IMG/VR virus record: IMGVR_UViG_3300025789_000033
Length of the DNA stretch: 64,000 nt
DNA from: an uncultured virus (IMG/VR IMGVR_UViG_3300025789_000033)
Taxonomy: Duplodnaviria; Heunggongvirae; Uroviricota; Caudoviricetes
Direction: 5' to 3' (one strand)
The notes under the pieces are model-generated. The model was given only the letters and a program-made list of their open reading frames with translations, was not told where the DNA came from and did no database searches. Shown here in pieces: positions 43,683 to 55,700 of this stretch. Both the position numbers and the translations under genes were made by a program. The first letter of the stretch is position 1; every line of letters begins with the position of its first letter.

Positions 43683-45941
43683 TTAAATTCCTTGTTCCGA
43701 GATATTAGATATATCTGTTCTTTCTAATCTATTGTGTACATAATTTTGTATGTATTCAACACTATAAGTTTGTTCTTGTAATCGTAAGCCAGTAATGTAT
43801 TTTTCATCAATGCCTGCAAATTCTTCTACACTACGTAATGCTCTATCATCCTTAACAAACTTCATGTCCACTATAGGATAGATGTTGTTAAATCTGTTAC
43901 TTGTTAATATACCATCAGCAAACAAGTTCATATGATACTGTGTCCACACGTTATAGTAACGTGTCGGCTCAATTACTCTTTCTTTACTTATCAAGGTAAC
44001 TTCTAGGCCTTGCTCGTTAAATGTAGTTGTTCCTACTGGAGTTTCTGCTAACTTCAATTTAGTAAATGCACCAGCTTGTTTATTGAACACATGGTGTCCA
44101 ACTGTGCGTAGCTGTGTGCCATCGCTAAATGTATAAACATCGTGTCCTGTGGTTTCCTCTTCAACCTTAATCCAGATAGGTTGTGCTTCACTAAACTCGC
44201 CTAGGTCAAAGTTCCAAACACGTATTAGTTCACCAGGTGTAATATCTTCAATAGCCTTGTGTGTACCATTAGCCATAGTAATCATTGTACCTTCTACCAG
44301 ACAGGGTCCGTGCGGCACTTCATATGCATCCTGTACCACTGTATAGAATGTATAACCTCTGCTATCAGTAACATAGGCTGTTATAGACGCTACTTGTTCC
44401 CACAATTGGTAATCTATAGTTGACCAGCTTAACACGTTGTCACCTTGATTAATACCGCCGGTGATTGTTTGAGTGTGGCTAACTGTTAATCCGTTAATGA
44501 TTACACCAGCGGCAGTAGCGCCAGCATCTCTAATGTTGTAAGTAACCGATCCGCTATTATCATACTGGCCTTGATCATTTTGTAATGTATATGTGGTAAT
44601 GGTAATACCTGCCGTGTTGTCAGCAACACCACCGTTGGGATTGCTACTGCCGCCGGTACTATCTGCCCATTCTGCACCACCGTTACTTGCACGAGTTAAC
44701 ACTTGACCAGTTGTACCTATGCTACCGTCCACACCTTTCAAGTAACCTGTTAGGTGTAGGCTTTCACCAGTTAAGTAACCATCATTACTAAAAATCCAAG
44801 TGTGACTATTGTTAACGATTGTAATGTTATTATTATGTGAATCAGTCGTTACAGTAAGTTGAATCGATCCGCTATCGTTTTGAGAATGAATAGATGCTTG
44901 ACCCGAAGCACCTACGGTTATTGAGGACTGTAAGGAAAAATCTGTGTCGTGATTTTCTAAAACAAGACCGTTAGTACTACTCCATTCCCCATCATTAATA
45001 ATGGAACCATCTGGCAAGGTTAATCCGCCACTTGATCCAAATGCCCAAATATTGTTATTAGAATTAATCTTGATAGCATGGTTGGAAGAAACTGTGGAAG
45101 GACTTGCAGGAGCTTGACTACACTCAACATTTGCAGTCCAACCAGCGCCGCCGGGATATTGAACATTGTCTAATACAATAGTAAGGGTATATCCAGGGAT
45201 ACCGTGAGCAGTTTGAGTAAAGTGGTAAGTATCACCAGTTTTATAACCTGGATTATTTGATATTGGAAATATCTGTGCCACTGATGTAGATACTACACCA
45301 TTAGCATCTTCAGTAAAAGTCACACTCAAAGTCCAAGCATCACCGCCATATGGGCCGATGTCTGGTGCGCCGCCGTACACTGGTAATAGTACCGCAGAAA
45401 ATGTTATTGGGAATATAGAAGATGGTAATGTTAGTCCACCGGTATTGTTAAAGTGCCATTCATATTCTGCTGTGTTATAAAGTGTGTCAACAAAGAATCC
45501 GTCACTATTTACATAGGCAAACGTATTCATGTCGTGTGTTGCAATACCAGTATAGCTGTCAGTAGTCGCTTTGATTACACTGGCCAGCGGCACTGATACA
45601 CTACCGTCTGAATTAAGAGTTAATGTAGCACTGCCGTTAACTAAACTAGAACTACTGCCACTACCGCTTTGATTGGCCCATACCAGTGTTGTACCACTAC
45701 CTGGCCAAGTTAATACTTGTCCCGTAGTGCCAGTGGCGTTTGGTAATGCGTATGCGGGCAGTACCAGTTTACCAGTAGTGTCAATTTGAACACTGTATCC
45801 ATTATTAGTTATTGAGTTAGATCCAAAAGACCCAATCGCCGCCCCTATCCATTTTACTCCATCAAATACATAGGTTGACCCATTATCGCCAGTGTATTGG
45901 TCACCAGTCTGCGGGCTATTTGGAAAATTTAAAATTGCCAT
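43683..45941 (-). CDS. Tail fibre-like protein with a C-terminal Hint (Hedgehog/intein) domain
   Basis: CLVEGTMITMANG...IEDI..GE.I at the Hint start and YYNV......NLFADGILTSN at the Hint end. Confidence 0.8.
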   Translation of the reverse strand: MAILNFPNSPQTGDQYTGDNGSTYVFDGVKWIGAAIGSFGSNSITNNGYSVQIDTTGKLVLPAYALPNATGTTGQVLTWPGSGTTLVWANQSGSGSSSSLVNGSATLTLNSDGSVSVPLASVIKATTDSYTGIATHDMNTFAYVNSDGFFVDTLYNTAEYEWHFNNTGGLTLPSSIFPITFSAVLLPVYGGAPDIGPYGGDAWTLSVTFTEDANGVVSTSVAQIFPISNNPGYKTGDTYHFTQTAHGIPGYTLTIVLDNVQYPGGAGWTANVECSQAPASPSTVSSNHAIKINSNNNIWAFGSSGGLTLPDGSIINDGEWSSTNGLVLENHDTDFSLQSSITVGASGQASIHSQNDSGSIQLTVTTDSHNNNITIVNNSHTWIFSNDGYLTGESLHLTGYLKGVDGSIGTTGQVLTRASNGGAEWADSTGGSSNPNGGVADNTAGITITTYTLQNDQGQYDNSGSVTYNIRDAGATAAGVIINGLTVSHTQTITGGINQGDNVLSWSTIDYQLWEQVASITAYVTDSRGYTFYTVVQDAYEVPHGPCLVEGTMITMANGTHKAIEDITPGELIRVWNFDLGEFSEAQPIWIKVEEETTGHDVYTFSDGTQLRTVGHHVFNKQAGAFTKLKLAETPVGTTTFNEQGLEVTLISKERVIEPTRYYNVWTQYHMNLFADGILTSNRFNNIYPIVDMKFVKDDRALRSVEEFAGIDEKYITGLRLQEQTYSVEYIQNYVHNRLERTDISNISEQGI

Positions 45942-45956
45942 TCTTTATGTCCTTGA

Positions 45957-46715
45957 TTAATAACCACCAGTTAAGGGTGATCGTTTCCATGTGTTAGTTG
46001 CTGTACAAATATATATGTAATTAGAATCATAACTTATCTGCCCAGTTGTTCCTGCGGCATTTGCGGCTTTAGTTCCTGTTGGAATAACTAAACCATTTGG
46101 GATGGTAACAACGCCAGTTGTACCTATAACTAAACTACCGCCAGCTCCAGGAATATTAAAACTCATACTGCTAGCAGTTGCATTGTATGGAACATAACCA
46201 GTTGCATTATGATTTAATGAATCATTAGCAATACCGAATGCTTCATTGCCTGTTCCTATAGCAAACACAGCTCCGGTTGTACCATTGGCAATTTTTAATG
46301 TGTAATTTGTAGCATTGGAAGTATCTGTAATTGTTTGACCGGTTGTACTGAGAGCAACATAAGTCCCATCTCCGCCGCGCGGACTAGCATCAACCCAGCT
46401 ACTATCATAATAAACATACAGCCTACCACTATTATCATCATACCATAATGTACCTTCTGGATGTGTACCGGGAGGAGTTGCACTAGCAGTAATTGGCGCC
46501 GCACTAGGAGAGGGAGTCGGAAGTGTAGACCAACTTAGTGTAGTGCCGTTGGTAGTTAAAAACTTACCACTGTTACCTGTTGGACTTGGCAAATATGTAG
46601 ATAAATTTGCATACAGTTCTGTAAAGTTAGTATTAATTTTATTAAACGCAGTACGCAATGGATCCGCACTTACGCTGTTAGCCGACGGCCCAATATTAAT
46701 TAGTTGTTGTGTCAT
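45957..46715 (-). CDS. Short tail fibre/baseplate protein with a gp9/gp10-like N-terminus
   Basis: INIG..AN....DPLRTAFNKINTNF at the N-terminus and GQISYDSNYIYIC..NTWKR at the C-terminus. Confidence 0.7.
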   Translation of the reverse strand: MTQQLINIGPSANSVSADPLRTAFNKINTNFTELYANLSTYLPSPTGNSGKFLTTNGTTLSWSTLPTPSPSAAPITASATPPGTHPEGTLWYDDNSGRLYVYYDSSWVDASPRGGDGTYVALSTTGQTITDTSNATNYTLKIANGTTGAVFAIGTGNEAFGIANDSLNHNATGYVPYNATASSMSFNIPGAGGSLVIGTTGVVTIPNGLVIPTGTKAANAAGTTGQISYDSNYIYICTATNTWKRSPLTGGY

Positions 46716-49700
46716 TATGCTCTCCCTACGGCAACTTCAATTACACCCACACTATCGTAGTCTTTGTCCTGAATAGCTTTACCAACTATGCTACCAATTT
46801 GTGGATTAGTTGCCTTGACTGCACAACCTTCTACAGCCGATGTTGTTAGTAAATCGCCTTTCTTAACTTTGCCAACTACTCGACATGGGATACGACCTGC
46901 TAGTGCTAAACAGACCTTAATACCTTTTTGTCCTTCGTTCATTACGTAAGCTGGATTAGTTGTTACTACACCAGCTAGTCTAGTGTCGTTAAATGTTGTT
47001 GTACTAGTAACTTCTTTTTCACCGCCGAACACTAACACCCATCCTTCTGGATACTCTTTGTCACCTTCGTAGAACTCAGCTAAGTCGGCATAGGTACTGC
47101 GTAATTGACTGCCTGTTGTTAAATTCCAGTTACCATCAATAGTACCAGCCGCAGTGCTTGAACCAGCTGTTAAGTTATTAGATTTTAATATACCTAGACT
47201 AAAATCAAATTGACTACTTGCAGTCAAGTACCATTGACCTTCCATTGATCCGCTAGTAGCAGGACTACCTGAAGTAAGTGTATCAGCGATTAATGTTCCG
47301 TTGCTAGTATCTAATGTACCTTGCGTAGTAATAGTTGTATTACTACCAGTAGTACCTACAGCAGTCATGTAGTAGAAAGGAGTAGACTGTTGTATGCCAC
47401 CTGGAGTACTAAATTCTACAGTAGCTCCAGAAGTTGATAGAACAGTAAATCCGCCAACTTTTAAGTTAGCAACGTCAACACTTCCGTCTGGCCCACTCTT
47501 CACTAGGCTGTTAGCACCTCGTGTTGTAGTGATACTGACAACACCATAGGTGTTATTTGCAGTATTAGATCCGTCATATCCTACAATCATAGCACCACTG
47601 GCAGCAAAAGATCCGCTGACAATACCGTTAGCTGACGATATAATTTGAGACGGAGTTATTTCAGATGGACTTGCGGCACCACTAGTTAAATTACCTAGTA
47701 ATGTGCCAGCACTCATTTGCTGTATTTTATTATAGGTAATACCTGTAGTTGGGCTAGTACTTGTTAATAAGTCAATCCAACCGCTAGTACTACTAAATGA
47801 TGAACTGTTAAAACTAGCTAGACCTAAATTAGCTTGAGTAATTCCTGTGTAGTTAACTCGTGTTGTGGCGGCATTCATTGCTAATTTGTTTTGCGCAATT
47901 GCCGCACTAGAACTAATTCCAGCGTTAGTAATTACACCAGCATTGATACTAGTAGTAATTGCTCCAGTCCCAGAGTTATAAGTTATGGCTAAATCACCAG
48001 TTGGTGCTGTTACATTTTTCCATTTACCTAATCCAGCATCATAAACTAAGAATGATCCACCAGCTACTGGACTTAAGAAGAATATAGTTCCGCTTGGGTT
48101 ACTGTTTGGATATGATCCAAGTGTAACAGTAGCAACACCGGCATTAACACTTACGCTTTGAACTGTTTGAGTTCCGTTAAAACCTGTACCATACACAGCT
48201 AGACCGTTAACAATAGTTCCAGAGATATTATTAACAGTTAATACATAACTAATACTACTTCCACTTACGTAGGTACCCTTGGCAGCAGAAATTCCCACAT
48301 CTAGTAGTTTGTAGAATGAGTTCAATGAAACTAAACTTTGGTCAACGTAATCTCTATTAGCACCGTCATACTTGCTAGTGCCGGTAGTTGGCATAGTTAC
48401 ATTGCCAATACTAAAGTTACCTAAGTTTAGGTTACCCTTCATAGCCAAGGTACCATTTAATGCTAAGTAACCTGGGCCAATTAAACTAGTTGTGGCTACT
48501 GGACTACCGCCATAATCTAGACCTAATCGATTATCAATGAAGCTACGTATTGCTGACTGCACTGGAACAATGTCCGGAGCATTATCAGTCATAGTAGGAT
48601 CTGTTGAGAATTCAGTAACAACTACACCACGTTTAAATCCTAGACCGTCCAAATTACTTAACGCAATACTTGCACTAAATGTAACAGTACCAGTACCTTG
48701 GTCAACGCTGAAGAAACGTCCTACACGGAAAATACCGTTTTCGTCTGTTGTTACATAGAACACACGTCCAACAGTTTCTTCTAATACCTGATTGGCACTG
48801 TTTGCCTGTATTGCTGGATTACCATAAATCTGCACAGGATAGTTAGTAGTAACATATCCGCCTGTACCAATGTCTAAGAAGTCATGCCCTGTAGCGCGGC
48901 AAGTACTAATACGTGTAGTAATCTGTGCGGCAGCTCCTGCAGGTCTACCAACACGCAATGTAGCATTGTTTATAGTATTAAATGGTCGGCCAATACCTAG
49001 GGTATTTCCACTGCCATTAGTTACTTCTAATGTGACAGTAGTAGCATATCCAGTATTCCATGTACCTGGATCTTCAAGATACGTTAGGGTGATAGTAGTA
49101 GAACTGCTAGCTGTACATAGATAGTAACCATTATACAATGGATTACCATTTCCTGATACAAGATAATATTTGCCTGTAGTTGGAGCAGTTGTTGTGCTGA
49201 AATTCAATACTACACTATAAGTTGGCCCACTACCGATAATAGTCTTGCTTGTAAATCCAGTCGATGCATTAATAGCATAACTAGTTCCATACCCATAGTT
49301 TGGAGTATACAATGCAAGAGCAGTTCCAACACTAACACTACCCGAAGTCAATGTTATATCGTTTCCGCCTAGTGTGGTACTAATACCAATGTATGTTCCT
49401 ACAACTCGATTGATATAATAAATTATGTTTGGTGTAATACCGTTGAATGGTGTTAGGATTGATCCAGTTCCAAACGCAGTTCCGCTAAACGATATTTGTT
49501 GCCCAACATTTAATCCAGTAGTAGATGCAACGGTTAATGCGTTTAATAAACCAGATATTGCAGTTCCTGCGTTAACAGTTTGACTTGCACTAACAGTATA
49601 ACTAGTGCCAACAATGCCAATGTTAGTGCCATTAGACGCTGCCGCGCTCAATGTAAATGGACCAGTACCGCTGGCAATATATGTTCCAGAAGGTATACCC

Positions 49701-52700
49701 GCTCCAACCAACACCATACCAATACTTGGAGTAGTACCTGACACAATAGTCAATGTAGTTGTACTTGTAATATTTCCAACAAACGATGCAGTATTAACAG
49801 CACTAATATATGTTCCAGCAGTAACTCCAGTTCCGCTTAGTACCATACCTAACGATGGTGTACCTGATGCAACGTTAGTTAAACTTAATACAGTACCTGC
49901 AATTTTACCAGTGGCGCTTACAGTACCATTAGTTGTTGCAGTAACATTTGAGTTTACTCCTGGATCTGTTGGATACAACAATCCCATAGTCACAGTGTTG
50001 TTACCAGCTGATGCAGTTGTCGTGATAGTTGCAGTAGTTGTTAATACCGGTGTAAGTATTGCTCCACCTAATGCCGGAGTTATTGTGATAGTTGGAGTAC
50101 TTGTATAACCATAGCCTGGACTTACTAGAGTGTAAGCTACGATGGCACCGTTGGCAATACTTACTGTAGCAATAGCTTGACTAGTAGCACTACCACCAGA
50201 GAATGTTATAGTTGGAGCAGTTGTGTACCCTGAACCGCCATTAGTAATTGTAATACTTTGTACAGTGGCTACTAAACTTGAACTTACAATACTACCAGCT
50301 GGGATCCAGCATGATGGACTTACTGTAAATTGTGTAGTGCTATCAATACTTTGAATAATAGTTCCTGTTGGAACATATGCACCAGTACTAGTTGAAGATA
50401 CAACCATACCTACTGATAAACTAGCAGTACTTGATACAGTTAGTTGAGTAGTATTGACAATGCTGGTAATCTGCTTAGTTCCATTGTAATTACTATTGCT
50501 GTTGCTAGTCACAGTTAGATAACTGTCAACCGCAGGTAATTGAGCTGACGGAATATAAGGAATGTTAAATGTTACAATCTTAGCTGTTGTACTACCTGTT
50601 TGGGCAACACTACTAACATAGGTCATAGCGTTTACAAGAGTGCCATCGGATGCTAAGTTGCTTAATGGATTTGGATCAATACTTAAATAACCATTGGTTG
50701 CAACACCAAAAGTAACAGTTCCAGTTGGTGGATTAACTGTAGCAGGTCCGCTTAATGTAATAGTTGCAGTAGCTACTCCACCAGGGCTAGTTATAATAAC
50801 ACTAGTTACTGTTTGTGTACCATTAAATCCTGTACTAGAACCAGTGCTGGTTAAGATTTGACCTTGACTAATGGTTCCAGCAACTCCGTTTACTACTAGA
50901 GTATATGTAGGACCTGAAGTTACAGTATAACTGACAAATAGACCTGTTGAGATAGTTGTTGGCTGAGTATAACTAATTACTCGATGAGTACGTCCACCCC
51001 AACCAACTATATATGTTCCTTTATTAATTTGGTTGACAGTTGTTGCTGAACTAATTGTTAACACAGCAATTTTATTATCACCAACTTTACTACCTTGAGT
51101 TTTGGTAGAATCTGACGGGTCTAGTTGTGTTATGTTACTTCCATCTGATACAAATTTATAGTAGGCAAAACTAGAATCAGTTTGTAGTACTGATATATTT
51201 GCGCCAAGTGTTTCGCCAGTTGCTTCAGTTAAGTTATAAGCAACTACTCGATAAATTTCAGATAAATTGTCAATGTATTGTAACGCAGTACTTGGACGTA
51301 CAGGTTTAACGTTATCAATGTTTAAAAACTTAATGTCTTGCAGAACACGAATAGTTACAGTTTGTCCGTCATACAGTGCATATTGCAAACCTGTGCTACT
51401 TGTACTGTCAGTGCCGCTAGTACTAAGAGTGATAGATAAAATGTTCTTACCATTAATAGTAACGTCGGTGTGTGCAATTGTTGATATTAGATATCTAACA
51501 ATACCACCACCTTGCACACTATGATCAATTTCTAGTTCGCTTGATCCAAACGGCAAGTAAGCATAACCAGTTACGTAAACGGTAACAGCTTGTTTAGACT
51601 GAGTAGGAGTCATTGCATTAATGAATTCGCCCTGCTTATAAACACGAGCCACTTGAACCATGTCATAGGCTAAGTTTACACTGTCAGGTAACTCAGTCAC
51701 GTCATAACCTGTTGCACGTAAACCATATACACCGTGTGAGTTAGAACCTGCAATACTTCGAACCTGACCACCGTTGTTAGCCCAATAACCTGTATAACAG
51801 TAATATGAGAACGTAGATACTTGCTCAGTTAAACCACCGTTGGTTGCAAATACACCATAACCTAAATCGTTAATTTGTGTAAAGTCGTTGGCCAACATAC
51901 TCTTATTACCGCCCATCTCAATATTAATGCCTAATCCAGCGCCTGAATTTAAGTATGATACTGCACCAGACAATAATGTTGATTTCAAACCTTGCAATAT
52001 TCCGTAATCAGCATATTCAGTTTGACTTGACCACCATGAGCTACTTGTTGGAGTAGTTCTAGTAGTTGGGTTAGTAAATACGCCATCAGCAACATAGTCT
52101 GATAAAATTCCAATTTCTGTATTAATTATTGTTGCTTCAGCTGAAGTAGCCGCAGGTAAACTAGTATTTTGACTATACGGATTTCCGGCAGCCTTGCTTA
52201 CAGTTTGATTTTGAACAACCTGTTGCATAATGGTATTTAAATGTCCGTATGCGGCAACACAATATGATTCTTCTCCTAAAATTTGACTTACACCACTACC
52301 ATAATAACTTAGCGACACATCATAAATTGCACTATTGCCGCCATATAAAATATCATAACAGATAGCATCAATAATAAATCCAGTATCTCGTTGAGATTTT
52401 ACAGCGTTGTAATTAGGAATAGTGTTTACGTTATAAGTGGCTGCAATCCATGCAGACACTTCTTGTTGCAAGAATGTTCTATTAGCCTGTAATGTGTTTA
52501 ATGCTTTAACAATGTTAGCAGTTCCGCTTACACCACTCGGTATTGGGAATGTAGTTGCCGGCACAGTTGTGACACCGTTGTTTAGCATATTAGAAATTGT
52601 AAGCAAGCTAGTAGCGATTGAAGCCTTGCCAGCTGACGACACACTTCCTAAATTAGAATTAATATATGCTAAACCTTGAGTTGTAAACAAAGTGGCTAAT

Positions 52701-55700
52701 ATGGTTAAACTATTCTGAGGGAACAAGTATGCATAACCTGAAAATAAGCTCTTGTAGTTAGAGCCAGTTACCATATCAATACCAATATTATCTATAACAC
52801 TACCTAATGATGTAGTAAATGTGCTTGTGTTGTAAAAATTTGGGGGATAGAATGGAGTACCAGTATCTATAGTTAAAACAACAGTAGCAGTCGCCGCATT
52901 AAAACTTACAACATCGTTAACTTGGAAACGATTACCTTGAATATAAAAAGCACAAGGAGTCTGCGGAGCACGTACATCGAGACCGCTGTTAGTACTACCT
53001 ACAACTGTAAGTTGAGTACCATTAACACCAGCAAGGTTTTGTGCCACGTTAGTAATAGTACCAAATAAACGACCAGTGAAGCCGTCAATAAATTGACCGC
53101 CAGCAAATCTCTTATAGTTAATACTTTGACTAAAACTGCCGCTTTCTTGAGCGTACGGGGATTTAGTTTTAATTTGACCTTCTGGATCCAACACCATAGC
53201 AAAGCCACCGTGGCCTTGCATACTTATTAGTCGAATTCGAGTAGCATCATTACATAGGAATACATCTATTAATTTGTTGTTTAATGGTGTACTTGTAATA
53301 TCTAGTGGGTTGGTCAAATAATGACGACCATAGTTAATAGTGCCATACATATGCCAAGAACCAGCCGCATATGTTGTTACGGCAGCAAACGGATATATCA
53401 CTGTTAAGTTTAATACGTTTCCGCTAATTGTGCTAACAACAGCTTTACCTGGAGTACCAGAACCGCTAGTACTGTCGGTTACTACTAGACCTAACCAACT
53501 TGATGGTGCTTGACCTGTACCTAATGTAGCAGTAATATTACCAGTAGTTCCACTAAGTGTTAAAGTTGATCCAGTAGCGGCAGCATAGTCGACACCAGAA
53601 TAATTTATAATACCTGTTTGTATACCATCAATCACTGAGTCACGATAGAAGAATACACTACGCCATGGACTTTGTGATATACGATCGCGTGGACGAATAA
53701 TAGTACGGCGGAAGTCATCACCTGCAATAGTTACGTTTGCAGAAAGTTTAATTGGATAATCTTCATAGTAGATACCACTTTCAACGTAAATGGTAATGTG
53801 TTGTTCTGGAACTGTTTCTCCGAAGTCTAATTGTTCGCCAAGTTGGAAGAATCCTGGACGAACCATACGCACAGTAATAGTGTCGTATGAATTACTTTGT
53901 CCTGGAGTATATGTTACAATTTGTCCAAAGGCATTGCTGTTGGCACCAACTAGTACCTTAGCAGGAATAATGTGTGAATCGCCGGGCTGTCCTTGGTCAA
54001 CATATCCGTTACCACCGTTGTCAAAAGTAATTGAATATAAACCAGTACCAAATGTTGGTGTAGGTGCCGCGCCGTAACCAGTAGTAATAATACTGATCAA
54101 CGTATTCATGTTAGTAGTAAATGTAGCAATTGCAGGTGCGCTTGGAGAATATGTATTGGTTATTTGTGTTACTAAACTTTGGAAACGTGTTTGTGTTGTT
54201 TTGTTAAGTACCTGAAGACCTAAGTTCTTAGCAAAGGTAATACCATCTAATGTTTCAGTTAACTGTGTTCCAATAGCAATGGCTTTTGCAGATGCATTTT
54301 TATAGTAGCTCTTACCGGCATTGATACTTTGATAAGTTCCGCCAGTTAAGATGTCAATGACCATAGCATCAATGATATAGCCTAGATCTCTATAGCAGGT
54401 TGCTTCATTATAATTAAAACCACCTGGATATGTTGCAGACAAATAAACGTTGGTTGCGTTTGCTATAGTAGTTTTATTATTATGTAAAATTACTTGAGCC
54501 GCCTGAGGAATACTTGCATATGTTGTTAGGTCTGGAAGTGATTGAGAGTATACAGTATCATTGGCAATAATGTCTGTGACAGTATTAAACAATCCGTTGA
54601 TAGTACTAGCTGCCGCAGAGCCATCAGCCCATACTGAATTAAATGTTTGTGTAACTTGGTTGCCGCTAGTTCTAGTTACAGATGAATTTGATGAGACTGC
54701 AATTGCTAAACTTTGAGCATGTGTTATTGCGGCAACTGTGGCTGTTACTTCTGCATTGGCAATTTGTCGTGTTCCTGCATACCAATATTGTAATGCGGCT
54801 TGCAGAGTCCCTGAATTTCCGCCATAGGTTAAATCATAGCAGATTGCCTCTAGTAGATAAGTTATGTCTCTACTACAAGTAGTACTACTATAAACTAGTG
54901 AAGGATAATTTAAATTAATCCAAGCAATAGTGTCAGCGGCAATAAAACTAATGTTAGCTAGGATACCAGATCGTGCGTGTGCAGTAGTAGTAACAAGTGA
55001 TGAAGGATCAACAAACGTTGGAGTAGTTCTTGAAGCAATGCCGTTGGTTAATAACGATGTGACACCGTTAAACAAACTAGTAATTGTAGAACTAATAATT
55101 GTATTGTTAATTACAGAGAATGTTGAATTAACATAGGTAACTTCAGTTGACTCAATTGTTGCTTTTTCTGCTAGAATAGCAAGTCTAGCTGTGTTTAATG
55201 TAGAGCTAGCATTACTAGTAGTTGGAGCATATAATGTTGGTGTTGGCGTACTAACACTGCCAACAATACCTGCAATAGTTGTTATGTTGTTTGCTATCGA
55301 AGTGCTAACAATGTTAGCATTACCTAATGTTTGATTGATGTATTGGTATACACTTTGTTGATAAACAGTTGAAGGTGATACGTTATTGATAATTGCTTGA
55401 CACAATGTATTAATATAATTAATAGAAGCAATAGTAGCCGTCTGCTCATATGAAGCAATTTGTAGGGTATTACCGATCCAATATTGAAGGCCTGCGTATA
55501 CGCTTTGGCTGTTACCGCCATACATAAAGTCATAGATCAAACTCCACACTATAAACTTAACATCTCGTTGGCATGTAGTTGAGCTATAACTTAATGTTGG
55601 ATAGTTGACCAATAGGAAGGCAACAATTTCAGCTTGAATAAATGATAAGTTATTCAATAATAAATCTCTTGCACTAGTCACACCAACATTTGATTGATAT

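Noticed and set aside
43896..44303. Mobile intein with a homing endonuclease
   Set aside because: It has no LAGLIDADG/HNH insert and no +1 Cys/Ser/Thr, so it is better described as a non-mobile Hint domain.
35071..46715. Diversity-generating retroelement acting on the fibres
   Set aside because: No reverse transcriptase and no near-identical TR/VR pair were seen in the window.
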